A DNA stretch of 62,590 bases, filler included, from Klebsormidium nitens (lineage: Eukaryota > Plantae > Klebsormidiophyceae), in assembly GCA_000708835.1 (NCBI GenBank). It is 7 parts of 7 records of this genome, joined end to end, with 100 filler letters (N's around TTAATTAATTAA, not from the genome) between each part and the next. Parts side by side here need not be neighbours in the genome. Positions count along the whole stretch, not along the records: positions 1 to 29,737 come from DF237781.1; positions 29,838 to 44,300 come from DF238052.1; 5 more parts are not named here. The stretch is one strand, 5' to 3'. This document shows, piece by piece, positions 21,104 through 32,530 of the stretch. Each line of letters begins with the position of its first letter. Positions within the stretch are counted from its first letter, which is position 1. A model generated the notes under the pieces. That model saw nothing but the letters and a program-made list of their open reading frames with translations. It made no database searches and had not been told where the DNA came from. The position numbers and the translations under genes were made by a program.

Positions 21104-23635
21104 CTATCCTCCGGCCAACTGAGCTATGGCCTTATCTCTATCATTGTCGAACATAGCCAGGGCGCCGCTTATTGCTTCGGGCGCAAACCCCATTTCTTTC
21201 ATCACCCCGAAGTGCGAGCAAAAATCCAAGACCTGCAAGAGGAAACCGTTCTTGAGTTGCGAAAGTCGACAAGATTGCTAAAGCTGCCAAGTCGGGTACC
21301 GTCGTTGAACAGAGTTGTTCAGAGTGCATGAGAATTTCAGGAACTTCTGTGGATATTGTTTGAGGCACAACTTTCGAAGGTACCTCACTAGCGTCAAGAG
21401 ATCAACCAACAACAAGGGCTCAGTCCAAACACTTATCTCGCATTATCTTTGATTAGCAAAGCGTTGAGAGATGAGACCAGCGCTGTTTGATGTGGTAAAA
21501 CCATGCGCAATCAACTCTGACAAAGTTGGTCTATGGCCCCGTGCTTCAATCAGGTAAAGAAAAGCGCCATGTAAGCCATTACCAAGACACTGGACACGTA
21601 TGGCCAAAAAGCGTTGGGGAAACAACATAGGATGGCTAGCAGAAGCGCACGAGGTTAGGCAGACGAACCTTATTCTGTACATCCCCAAAAGTGGCCACCG
21701 CTAGTTGGACGGCATCCCGAGGCAAGCCCGTAGCCACGTACTTACTGACGACAGGGTCTTCATGTAGGTTAGACTGTAAAGGAAAATGGGTATGTCAGAC
21801 ACTCGGTAAGGGCTACCGTTTGAACGAAGAGGGCTTGCCCCGCGCCAAGTCGAGTCCCACGCTCGTGGCACTTCCGCATTGCAGTAACACAAGGCTTGGC
21901 GAAAGGGGTTACCGGGTCTAGTCGAGACATCTGTATCGAGTCACTTTCGACGCAGCTCCTTGTGCCAGGAGAAGACGTCTGCGGCCAGAGATGGTTTTCG
22001 AAGACCCACACGAATCCTTCCAACAAAATCCATCTGACCGGCGCCTGAAAATCTGTAGCTGGGAAAGTGCTCAGAGAAGACGGGACAAATTTTTAGACCG
22101 ACTTACAAGAGCAAGGCAGTTCGCTCAAAATCATCAAAGCAGTCACGGTAGATCAAGGAAGTTCTTTGATTGTGGATCGCGGCCTGCCCCATGCATCGAC
22201 TCCAGATGCAAGCTCCTGAAGAATCTAGCTGAAAGCACGTAATCAAAGCGACTTATGCCCCAGCACTCTTTATCTACCCTTTCCTCGATTCAAATTCAAG
22301 TCCAGCAATCGTCCTTCCCGAAAATGCAATGTATGAGCATACCGTAGAAACAATCCCGTTTGAGTGCGAATGGTCTACAGCCCGGGCGCTCCGCTCCCAA
22401 TTTCCTCGCTCCGCTTCTTCGATAATCTTTCGTTCCAGGTCGAAATCGAACATGAAAGTGCTGCGGGGCACATCGATGTTCTGGGGGGACAGCTGGACCT
22501 GTACGTGAGAACGTGGGGGTCGAGCTGAGAACTTGTAATTGAAGAAGTCCAATCTAAGAAATGACACAGCACTGGCGGGTCGCGCTGCTAGTTGGCGTTT
22601 GCTCGGAATCTTCTTAGAATAGGGTACAATCCCCCCTTGAAGAGCAGTCAACTGCAGCATCGTTCCATTTGTGGGTTTGATGATCTCAGCACGTTCTTGT
22701 AAGACTGAAGAGAAAAGGGCGGCTGGCCTTCTCCAATGCATTGCTTCTTTAAACTTCATTTTTCAGAGCATTCAGAAGTCAGTTGACAAGTGTCCGCCGA
22801 CGTTCACACACCAGGGGGGAACACACACCAGGGGGGAACCACTTGACTACCATTGGAAGGGGGGAACTTAACCACTTGACTACCATTGGAAGAAGTCCAC
22901 AGACAGAAGTACTTGCTCAGTCTCATTCTAAGCTTTGACCTTGCTTAAATGAGAGGAGTCCTCACCGCAGGCGCAACCCTGTATGCTGGCTTAATAGTCA
23001 CCCGAATGCCACCGTTGGCAGCTGCAAAAGAATGGGGGTCGATAAGGTCAGAAGGTTTGAGAATGCAGGAGAATCCAATGAGATCCTGAAGTACAAGCAT
23101 TCAATTGAGCATCCAAGCTTAACGGCCGTTGAGGACGAAGGCAAGTCAGATCAATTGTTCTCCCCTGGAGCATGCAGGATCTCCACAAGGAAAAACTCAA
23201 CTCCATCGAGCACAACTCATGGCCATCTTATGTCCTAGAAAACATGTCCAACATGAAGCCATCCTCTCTGTCAGACCACGCGGAAGATGACCTCCGCGTG
23301 GATCAAAGCCGATCAACACTTGCCACCCTACCAGTAAGCATCTGGCCTGACGAAGATGGCCCAGCATTTGGCATGACCGGAGTGGGCCCCACCGAAACCC
23401 TAGGATAGAGAGACGACGCCCCATAGCTGCCGACCGGCTGCGCATAAGGAACGCTTCCAGACGAGGTATAGGGCACTGGCCGGGCGTGGGGTGGGCCAAA
23501 CACCTGCTGTCCCTGGGAATGAGAGGAGCTCGGCGGAGCGTAAGAGCTACTGGAGACTGGCTGAGCATAAGGAGGGGTGCTGGAAGAAGGCTGGGCGGGG
23601 GGGTCGCTGCGCCTCCGGAACAAGCTGTCCATCAT
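21104..23635 (-). CDS. UMA + UBA-like protein (At5g53330/UBAP1-like, ESCRT-I-associated); exons 23635-23332, 23021-22966, 22498-22343, 21773-21669, 21232-21104
   Basis: Pro/Ser-rich N-terminus, GIRVTIKPAYRVAP, VPRSTFMFDFDLERKII.EAE, DPVVSKYVATGLPRDAVQLAVATFGD, MKEMGFAPEAISGALAMFDNDRDKAIAQL. Junctions are in frame. Confidence 0.88.
22806..22892 (+). repeat. Two adjacent short tandem duplications in an intron
   Basis: acacaccaggggggaac x2, followed by aaccacttgactaccattggaag x2. Confidence 0.85.
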
Positions 23636-24028
23636 TTTGGATCAGCAGGAGCTGGTTGCCCTCCTTCTTATGGCGTGCGCGTTGATGACCCCGACTTTAC
23701 TTTGCACGGGAGATCAAGACTTTTGTTTGTGGTACGGATCAGTAGCTGGGAAATCAATCGTTCTTCACAGTGTCAAAACTTAATTTGCGAGGGCTCACGA
23801 GAAAATTAAGAAAAGAGCACCAGCAAGAGCTTACGGGGGAGGACGAGCTATCATAAAGGCAATTGTCACAGCGCATGTGATGGGCTCCCTTTTGCCTTCC
23901 CTGCATATGCAGATTTTGGGCTGCCGAGCTGATCAAGAGAAGTTGAGACAAGAGAAGGAAGACCTTGAAACCTGCATTTTAGGGTTTTGTTGTGAGTGAC
24001 CCTGTGGGGCTCAGCTAGCTCAGCTAGC

Positions 24029-24060
24029 TCGAAACCCTAGTTACCGTAGTAGGGTTTCGA
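24029..24060. promoter_or_regulatory. Inverted pair of telo-box-like motifs forming an 11-bp-arm hairpin, ~400 nt upstream of the UMA/UBA gene
   Basis: tcgaaacccta-gttaccgtag-tagggtttcga; AAACCCTA is the plant telo-box core. Confidence 0.45.
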
Positions 24061-25815
24061 CAGGGGCTGCGACCAGAAACTCAACGATGGACTTGGCCGT
24101 CGATGAGCTCGCCTTCTAATCGCACGACGTCAAAGATGCTTACGTCGACCATGTTGAAGCGTCAGATCTTATCGAACGGGTCATTCCAGCCTGCGAAGGA
24201 GCAGCCTGCGAAGATCGCACTCTCGAGTCTAGAGTCTACGTAGGCTGCTTCCTCTCCTCGTTCCTTGAAGTTGCCAGCTAGGTGCTCCACCTGGTCTTCA
24301 GCTGCCCTTGAGGCTTGAGACATTTTGCAGGACCGGATCATCTCTGTTGCGAAGTTCACCGATGGCGAGAAGCATCCTCTCCCAGCACACAGTCTTCCCG
24401 AACTCCCTCGCTCACCTTGAGACAAGCGCTGCGACTCAAAGCCGAAAAGCAGGTGCCGTTTTGGGAGAGCGCAGCCAAGGGTTCTTCCTTTCAGCACGCC
24501 GGCTGCTGAGCTTCCGGGACCTAGGACACAAGCGATTGCATCTAGAAAGGATGGGCAACGCATGTGGCGCAAGTGGTACGCGTGCGCAGTCAGGCAATGC
24601 TGACGTGTCTGCAAACCCACGGGCAGGTGCGTGTTGAAAGCATACCTCTTCAGGTTTTGCCTTTATGCTTTCTGATGCAAGTGACTGATGCTTCGACTTG
24701 AAGGTTTTTATCATTGGAGTAAGCTGACTCATCAGACCAACAGCATCAGCAGTCAAGCAAGTAAACATTGGGTAAAGTGGGGCGTCCTTGTCATGAAAGT
24801 GGATGGGCAGAGCTTTGAACCATGGTCGTTCTGTAATGGAGTTCTGCGGCACAGCCCGTTGTCGAGTGTTCCAAAGTTGGGGGCTCATAAGTTTTTTGTC
24901 TGAACATCTCAATCTACTCTTCAAAAGGTTTGAAGTTTTGAAACCTCTTCCCTGTGAGGACGTAAGAGATGTGTTTGGCATCTTCCTTATAAAGAGACGT
25001 ATGTTCGAGATATTGGTGGTCAAGGTATAGAACGCCTGCTGCAGTGACATGTAACTTAGTGGATAGCTTGTTGAAGGCCCTGGATTAAAGGTTTGCATCT
25101 GCAATCGGCGTTCGTTTCAGCACAGAAGGGCTTTTCTTCTTCCGAAAGGAAACAGCTGGCTCTAATCTGGTCTCCACTTCGTTAGGTTTACAGTTTCAGA
25201 AACTCTCACCACTTGTGTGGTGTTTCTTTGGTGATACCAGGCAGAGGACTTGACACAATGGCCCCTGATTAGAAATCAGATTACTGATTTTGGCGTTGGT
25301 TGTGCTTCCTGAATTGTTGTATTAAGCAGGCTCTGTTGCAAAGAGTATCAGTGATCATACAGAATTTGATTAGAGGTTTCTTTCTTTTTAGGCCGCAAAG
25401 CTGGGCGCTCATCATGGCCCACTCGACTGCTTGTCTCGGTCGCCTTCCTGTTCTTGATTCTTGCTTGGAGGAAGTGGTCGTTTTGTGGGGTTGAGCCCCA
25501 ACTCACAAAGAAAACTGGCGCCTGTGAGTTGCTATTCTCTTGCAGCAATTTCCTTTAATTCTTGGAGAAAGCAGCATCTTTGTGCTTTCCCACTTGGCTT
25601 TGAAGGTCGAGTCTGTATTGTGCATGATCGTGTCGCTCCAAGCGCCATCCGTACCATACTACTACGTCTGGCAAGAAAATTTTTATCATACTGTCCGATG
25701 ACTCGAAGATCACGGTTTGTAGTGGCAAATTTCGCTTGAAGTCTTACCATGTTAAGCGATCATATTCTGGTGAGACTGGGTCTTGTTGCTGATCTTAGTC
25801 TCCTTTCTTTTGCAG

Positions 25816-27268
25816 CGGAGTTTGCTAAAGTCAGTGAAGCAGAGTGGCAGAAGCGCTTGACGAAGGAGGAGTTTTATGTTGCAAGGAAGAAAGGAACGGA
25901 GCGGGCGTTCACAGGGTAAGTGCTGCATCTACGTTGTTAAAAGCATCGCCTGCCACAAGAAGCCCGTTGTACTTCGGGGTTTTTACGTCATATATGACGA
26001 TCCTTGAATGTCTTTTTACAAAAGAACTGCAGGAAGCGTCTGCCAACAGACATGCACAGGTTTTTCTCAAAGTGATGCAAGCTAGCCTTCAGGCTTGTAT
26101 TTCGTGCGGCGTTGTGTTATCTAGAGATAGGTCTTCAGTTCTCTGGAGCGTCGATTTTCTAACTGTTAATCTCCTGAGGTCCTGAGTTCCGAAAAGGTCG
26201 AGACCTATTTCATATGACAGGCGCCTAGTACGGTTAGCCAGGCACTAAGAGATTCCAAGTCAAAAGCCGTGCTTTGGGCTTAAGCTCGTACCCAAGTTTT
26301 CGAAGGGCCGCTTTGTGTCGGGTTTGCTGCGGCAAGTGAGCTTTTCCTCCTTATTGACGTAACTTCATCCCATCTGTCTTGCAGGCGCTATTGGAACAAC
26401 AAGGAGGCCGGTGTGTACAGCTGCATCTGTTGCGATACACCGCTCTATAGGTGAGCCACGTGTGAAGTAGCAAGCATGGTGGTGACATGCTGACGGTTCT
26501 TCTGACGATGCTTGGTTGTTTTCCGTGCACATCAAGTCCGAGTCGGGACTACTCACTTCGTCTCAAGCGGCTGGCTCCCGAGGATTGCTGCTTACATTGG
26601 GTTTGCAGCAGTTGTCCAGGTCGAAGCAAGAATACATCAGATATTCGAATCATGATGGATAGTTCGGCAGACGGTCCGGTGGCCGTGCGTAAAAGCGTCC
26701 AGGAACTGTTCAAGCTTTTTGTCTCCCCTTAAAAAGCAAGGGAAAACCGCCCTCGGCGACTCGATTTGCAGGAAGTTTGGTTTTGACGGGTCCATTTGGC
26801 CAAATGTTACACAATTTTGGAACAGCACTTTGACTAGCTAGCCCTGAAGTGGGGTCCTCGCTTTTCATCTTTCGCCTCAGTCGTCTTGAGACCCTCAAAC
26901 TGGTTGCAATTTGCGAGAATTCCCTCTAAGCCGGCTTTTGACAGACTCAGAAACTTCAAACTCTGACAAATGTATCTTGCATTGTCTTGATCGGTTCCGA
27001 TGCCTTTCGCCTTTGCAGTTCCGAAACGAAGTTTGACAGCGGCACCGGGTGGCCCTCTTTCTACGACAAGATTGGCAACAACGTCGACGAACACTCCGAC
27101 TGGTCGATTCCGTTCATGCCTCGAACGGAAGTCACGTGCGCCGTCTGCGGCGCCCACTTAGGCCACGTTTTCAACGACGGGCCACGGCCCACCGGTCAAC
27201 GGCACTGTATCAACAGTGTGTCTTTGAAGTTTCACCCAAAGGATAGCGGGAAGGCTGACGGAGCATAG
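25816..27268 (+). CDS. MSRB1: Peptide methionine sulfoxide reductase B (plastid MSRB1 type); exons 25816-25915, 26385-26450, 27019-27268; 5' transit-peptide exon(s) not resolved
   Basis: [25 protein letters not shown]|[21 protein letters not shown]|[53 protein letters not shown]. Confidence 0.93.
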
Positions 27269-28174
27269 AGCGCCTGGGGGAGGCTCCAAAGTGCAGCTTT
27301 AGAATGTGCCTGTGCTCAGGCTGGTAGGTCGAGGCTGGCGAGCGCAGCTTAGGTTGTGGGCAAGAACGGCAGGGATCACAGTGCAGAGGTTGATAGAGCA
27401 GGTGCTTGTCCAGCTCTGAGAAGCTCAGTGGCGTAGTCTGGGTTTTGTACATAGCAGCGTTCTTTGGATCGGGCTGCAAATGGCCTTCCTGAAAGCTGTG
27501 CTGATTGACCTGTGAAAACTTTGTTTGATTGGTCGGATCTTGAGAGCGATCTTGAGAGCCTGGCCGCTCTCAATATTCGACCAATTATACGAATTGTAAA
27601 CCTTAAACTTTTTGAGCTATCGCAGACATGGGTACAGCCTCGGGACACAGACTGTGCGCGCTGCATGTCAAACGCACCAGCGGACTCACTATCTATATTG
27701 GTATGTTACTTTTGTATACCTTAGATTTAGTCATATATGTCGCCACTTAAAGCATATCAGTGTCAAGACACGTTTTCTATCCGTGCGCCAGTGACCTAGC
27801 ATGCGGATTGACCACCGTATGCACTCACTTGCACCAATCATGATAATGTTGTGCGCGGGTCACAAACCAAACAAGGTGCATGCGTGGCGTTCAAAGCCCC
27901 AAATTGCAAATTCAGTCGCTAAAGCAGTCGACCAGCTGTTGTACTTCCATCAATGTCATGTATCAAACTTGTCAAAAGTTTCATATTAGCTGCGGGCCGC
28001 GCTAGTCGACTCGACAATGAACCTACGCACCCGGCTGGCCCCAAGTTTTGCCAGCTAGCGGCCCCTTGATGCAAACAGACGTGTCCTCATCGTCCTGATC
28101 GACCACGTATACCAACGAGCGCGGCCTGGAACTGAGATTCATCATTGCGGCGACGCGGCGGTGCCTGTAGAAGG

Positions 28175-28707
28175 CACGGGGTGGCAGGTCCTGTTTTAAA
28201 AGAGGTTTGGTTTTGAAGATTTTATTCACCAAAATCAGTACATTTGAGTGGATTTTCCAGTTTTATTCACATCCATTGGATCCGCCATGTCGACAAACCT
28301 CTAAAACCTATCTTGTTTTCAAAATTTACACCCCCCCCTCCATTTTAAAACGACTTTAAACAATTTAAAACAGAAAAATGCGCTTGTAGATGTGGTCGGG
28401 TAAGATCCCATCTTGAAATTACGCGTTTTTAAAATGGCAAGTTGTTTTGAAATGAATTAACACTTCATAAGTTTTGATTGTTTTTTCGAATAATTTCAAT
28501 CGTTCGATGCGTGGAAGAGCCCATGCAAGCTTGTATTCAAGCGAACGGGTCAAAAAAACAAGGAAAAGGTATACCGAAAACCCTCAAAACGTTAACAAAT
28601 GGCGTTTTAAAACAATTTTTAAAACGTTTTAAAATCGCCAAAGTAAGAAAATACCCGTGTTTTAATCCGACCACGTTGTAGTTTTAAAACAGGAGTTGCC
28701 ACCCGAG
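28175..28707. mobile_element. hAT-family MITE (533 bp) with 8-bp target duplication
   Basis: TSD GTAGAAGG at 28167-28174 and 28708-28715. Termini CACGGGGTGGCAGGTCCTGTTTTAAAA / TTTTAAAACAGGAGTTGCCACCCGAG. Many internal GTTTTAAAA(C) motifs. Confidence 0.88.
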
Positions 28708-28923
28708 GTAGAAGGCGGCGGCCGGCCGGCCCATTCAGTCGAACTGCATCATTATATTGTGGAACGCGTAGTCGCGGGCTCGCCGCGGGCCGTGGGCCTT
28801 AGGTGAATCATACATAGTTGGCCCTTAAGAGGACTTTGACAGCGCCTTGTGCGGGTCTGCATGCATCATGGCCTCTTTTCAATTGCGCCATAGCCATTGA
28901 AAAAGGCATACGCTTCTCGTGGC

Positions 28924-29253
28924 CACGGGGTGGCAACTCCGGTTTTAAAATAGAGGGCGTTTTTATTTTGCCTTCATCCAAAACGACGGAAAAACAAATG
29001 CATCCAATGTTTTGTTTTTGACCATCGTATAGCCCTTCGTCTATAGTTTCTAAAACACTACTCGTTTTGAAATTTGGCCCCCCTCACAAAAAGTAAAACG
29101 GTTTTAAAACATTAAAAAACGCCAAAATCTTAATACATGTATCTGCGGGTTAGGCGGACTTCAAAATAGCCCGTTTTATAAAACAAATAAAACAGCAAAA
29201 CGTTTTAAAACGCCTGTAAAGTGTATTAAAACAAGGAAAGGCGACAACCCGAG
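28924..29253. mobile_element. Second member of the same hAT MITE family, degenerate right end
   Basis: Left end CACGGGGTGGCAACTCCGGTTTTAAAA, internal GTTTTAAAAC motifs and a worn right end ..ACAACCCGAG. No matching TSD. Confidence 0.6.
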
Positions 29254-29378
29254 GCCCTTTTGGCCTATTTTGTCACCCTAATATACATAAAAGTGCATGG
29301 ATGCGGCATACGAGCTCTTGACAAGCCGACAACCGCCATAAAAACAAGGAAAATGATACAATTTTTCGGCCAGGACCA

Positions 29379-29482
29379 GGCATATTCCGACTTCAATATG
29401 CCATATGCCAACCCGATTTTCAGACGATATGCCATATGCCAGCCGCGTTTGAGAGCAATCTGCCAATATGCCAGTGGCATAT
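29379..29482. repeat. Cluster of ATATGCC motifs (5 direct, 2 inverted flanking)
   Basis: ATATGCC at 29396, 29403, 29427, 29434 and 29466; GGCATAT at 29379 and 29476. Confidence 0.75.
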
Positions 29483-30119
29483 TCTGTATATAAAATCGGA
29501 CGTACCCTTGCAAACAGCCGCTTTTTAGCTAAGACTTCCGAAGTTCGTCACTGAAACGGTCAAAGTTGTTGGTAGTGTGCCCTGAATGGTGGCAAAACAC
29601 GAGGTGGGTGTGCCGCGTTACCTTTTCCATACTTCGACGTCAGATCTGAAAGTCCTTGAAAATTAAATCTGGGAGAAAACTTCTTGTAGCATTTGCTATA
29701 GCAGCACGTGTATTGAACTAGAAATGCCACCGGATCANNNNNNNNNNNNNNNNNNNNNNNNNNNNNNNNNNNNNNNNNNNNTTAATTAATTAANNNNNNN
29801 NNNNNNNNNNNNNNNNNNNNNNNNNNNNNNNNNNNNNCTGCAGAACTTGCCGCAGGCCAACAAGGGCGGGGAGAAGAAGGGAAACTAGTTTGCCGTAGAA
29901 CCCGGTATTTAATTAGAGACACTTCTGATAAACCCTTTGCCTCCGATTGGTATTGCTAAGTGACATTTCTACCTAGTACTTACGCCATGATGAGGTAGCA
30001 TGTCATGTTAGTCATGTTGCTTTGTTGTTAGTAACTGCTTGGTACCTAGCTATAGAAACATTTTTTGATGAAGCCCAAACTCCGAAATTGCTTGTTTCTG
30101 CGCCATGGGCCCAGATGCC

Positions 30120-30535
30120 TAAGCGTGTATAAAAAGAAGTGACCATCTCCGGCTGTGCACATTTTGGCGACTTGACCAAAGTGGCAAGCGCGCTCGCCTT
30201 GAGGTCGAAAGAAAGCTGCGGCCCGGTGCGGGTTCGAATCGAACGCATTTGACATTTTTGCTCTCTTTTGCCCCTTCCTTTTTGCGACGTTTTGCGGCTG
30301 ACGTAGGGTGATGTCAACGCGCGGGAACCGCGGTACCTACTGGTACGATACCTGCGGACAGCCTCCGGTCCCTGCGCCGGGACCGGGAGCCATGCTTCGG
30401 TCGGTACCGCATTCGGCTGGTCCTTGAAAGGTTCCGTACCGTGTCGATCCTCCGACAGATTCTGATCGTCCGATAAGTTTCACTCGAATGAATACACCGT
30501 TCGATCAAAATGCAAGCGCGCTTGCTACGCCCACC
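30120..30535 (+). mobile_element. Second copy of the TTAA/tRNA-like element family (left end eroded)
   Basis: TATAAAA (~30128), A-box TGACCAAAGTGG (30173), AGCGCGCTCGCCT shared with the 14.9-kb copy, B-box GGTTCGAATC (30231), shared ttgacatttt..ccttcctttttg, and terminus TACGCCCACC|TTAA (30536-30539). Confidence 0.65.
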
Positions 30536-30555
30536 TTAAGTTCCTTATTTACTTA

Positions 30556-30969
30556 CCGTCACTTTGAAGTGGCACCCCCTTAGGTATTCTGTTGGGGGGG
30601 GGGGCTTGGTTTGGATCAGCCAAGCAAAGGTGGGGAAAGGGGGGGGGCTTGAGGCTTTGCTTGGGGCGGAGCCCCAGCCAGGTTTCAAGTGAAAAGCCTG
30701 CGTTTTCATGCACATTTACCCTTATTTTGTTCAACGTTCCGACTTTTCAGCCCAAGAACGAGACAAAAAAGCACTTTGCAGCACCAAAATGGGGCAAAAT
30801 CCATGTATAAGATTGTGTTTTTAAACCAAAAACTTGCCCGGTTGGTAGCCCACCGGACTAGGACCTTGACCTTGCCCGTATTGACAAGGCCGGGAGAGGG
30901 GGGTTGCTTGAGACCCTTATGCCAAAGTGCCTCCAAAATACCTAACCGGGTGCCACTACAAAGTGACGG
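30556..30969. mobile_element. Tc1/mariner-type MITE (TA target duplication, ~38-bp TIRs)
   Basis: TA|CCGTCACTTTGAAGTGGCACCCCCTTAGGTATT ... AATACCTAACCGGGTGCCACTACAAAGTGACGG|TA. Confidence 0.8.
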
Positions 30970-31681
30970 TACCCTTTAATACTATGAAAGTTTATCCCTA
31001 TGTGTGCAGGTACCTACACCGGTACATGGGTAGGATATCGGGTGTGACGGTTAACACACCAACGCCAGAGCACCGGCATACAAGCAGCCGGCATTTAAGC
31101 AGCTCTTCGGGGCCTCCTATATTGGCTTGCCTCTTCCTCTGAGGAAGTAGGCAAAAATAGGAATCGGGCCCACCGCCACTGTACGGCGCCGCGAGGCGGG
31201 CCCGCCGTTCGAGGTGCTTGGATTGGCTGTGTTCGACGATAAATCGCACGGTACGGCATAAAAAAATGACTGCATAAAGGTGCGAGATTTTCCTCGACTG
31301 GAGTCCCCAAGCGGTGCGGTCAACGCTTACGAATCGATCATATTTGGTCACAGCGGTTTGTGGCTTGCTTTTTTGTCAGTCTGTATTTACGCCAGCGCCG
31401 GATTTCGCGATCGATTGGCAGAGGGAGTGGCTGTACACCGTCGGATTCTGCCTTGATGTCGGTCTCGTGTCGTCGGCCGTCGATTTTGTTCTTATGTTGG
31501 TGGTTTGTTGGTAGCTGGTGATCGATCCTGCATGTTGACAATCGGTTCGTCGATATGCGGTGGCTTCTTCTTCATTTCTTTCACTGGGCTTCAGAGCTTG
31601 GTCTTTCGGTGTGTGTGTCTTTCAGCTAATTACGCAATGCTGTTGATGGTGCTGAAGCCTGTGCATTAGAGGCGCTCTACG

Positions 31682-32530
31682 ATGGCTTCGCCTGCCGATG
31701 ACGTGGATAGGTATGGTCCGCAAGACCTGGTTGGTCTTTCAGTGTGTGCTGATAGTCTCGATGGTCGCTTTCAGAGGTGCGCTGGAGAGGTGATAAGCTG
31801 GGAGGGTGAGGAGGTTGGGTTCTCTGTCAGGGTTAGGTCGCCGCATTTTGACAGCGGGAAAGTGGTGGCAGGGGTGCATGCGCACGAAATGAGTTATCTG
31901 ACTTCTGGTCGCTCGCGTCACCTGCCGTCTTCTGCTGAGGTACATTCTAGGTCTGGAGGGACACAGGAGCACGAGTTTAGTGGGCGGTATAAGGGTGTGG
32001 GTCGGAAGAAGCGTGCTGATCTGCCGTTTGAGATTAGATGTGCAGTTGCTTCGAAGCAATATCGGATAGGCAAGTTTGCATCTGAGGAACAGGCAGCGAG
32101 GGCTTATGACTATGTGGTCGGGGCATTGATGGCGGAAGGGGCGCAGCATCGTCCACTCAACTTTCTGGAGGGGGTGGTGATGAGTGCAGGAGAGCGGGCA
32201 TATGCTGATGAATGTTTAGCCGTTATAAAAGGTAAGATTGGTCAACGAAAAATCGGATGCAAGCTGGAGCATTCTTCTGCGCACTACTCTGATTCTTCTA
32301 ATGCTGTGTCTGCTTCGAGATTTGTTGGCGTGTCCGTGCAATTAAATCGTGGGGATCTGCAATATCGAGCGCGGATAAGAGTTTCTAATCGTGTGTTCGA
32401 GCTTGGCTTGTACAAAACTCCTTTTGAGGCTGCTATGGTTTACGATTATGTCGCCCGTCGAAGTGTGGCTGGACGGAGATTGAATTTTCCATTGAATTTC
32501 GATCTTCAACCGTACATGAAGAAGTGGTAG
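31682..32530 (+). CDS. Two-AP2-domain ORF, apparently the frameshifted N-terminus of the Helentron RepHel protein
   Basis: AP2 #1 SGRYKGV..RIGKFASEEQAARAYDY..LNF; AP2 #2 SRFVGV..YRARIRV..ELGLYKTPFEAAMVYD..LNFP. It overlaps the start of the Rep ORF in another frame (EEVVERLNRV). Confidence 0.8.
   Translation: MASPADDVDRYGPQDLVGLSVCADSLDGRFQRCAGEVISWEGEEVGFSVRVRSPHFDSGKVVAGVHAHEMSYLTSGRSRHLPSSAEVHSRSGGTQEHEFSGRYKGVGRKKRADLPFEIRCAVASKQYRIGKFASEEQAARAYDYVVGALMAEGAQHRPLNFLEGVVMSAGERAYADECLAVIKGKIGQRKIGCKLEHSSAHYSDSSNAVSASRFVGVSVQLNRGDLQYRARIRVSNRVFELGLYKTPFEAAMVYDYVARRSVAGRRLNFPLNFDLQPYMKKW

Noticed and set aside
24436-25104. 222-aa minus-strand ORF between the UMA gene and MSRB1
   Set aside because: No recognisable motif and no supporting exon chain.
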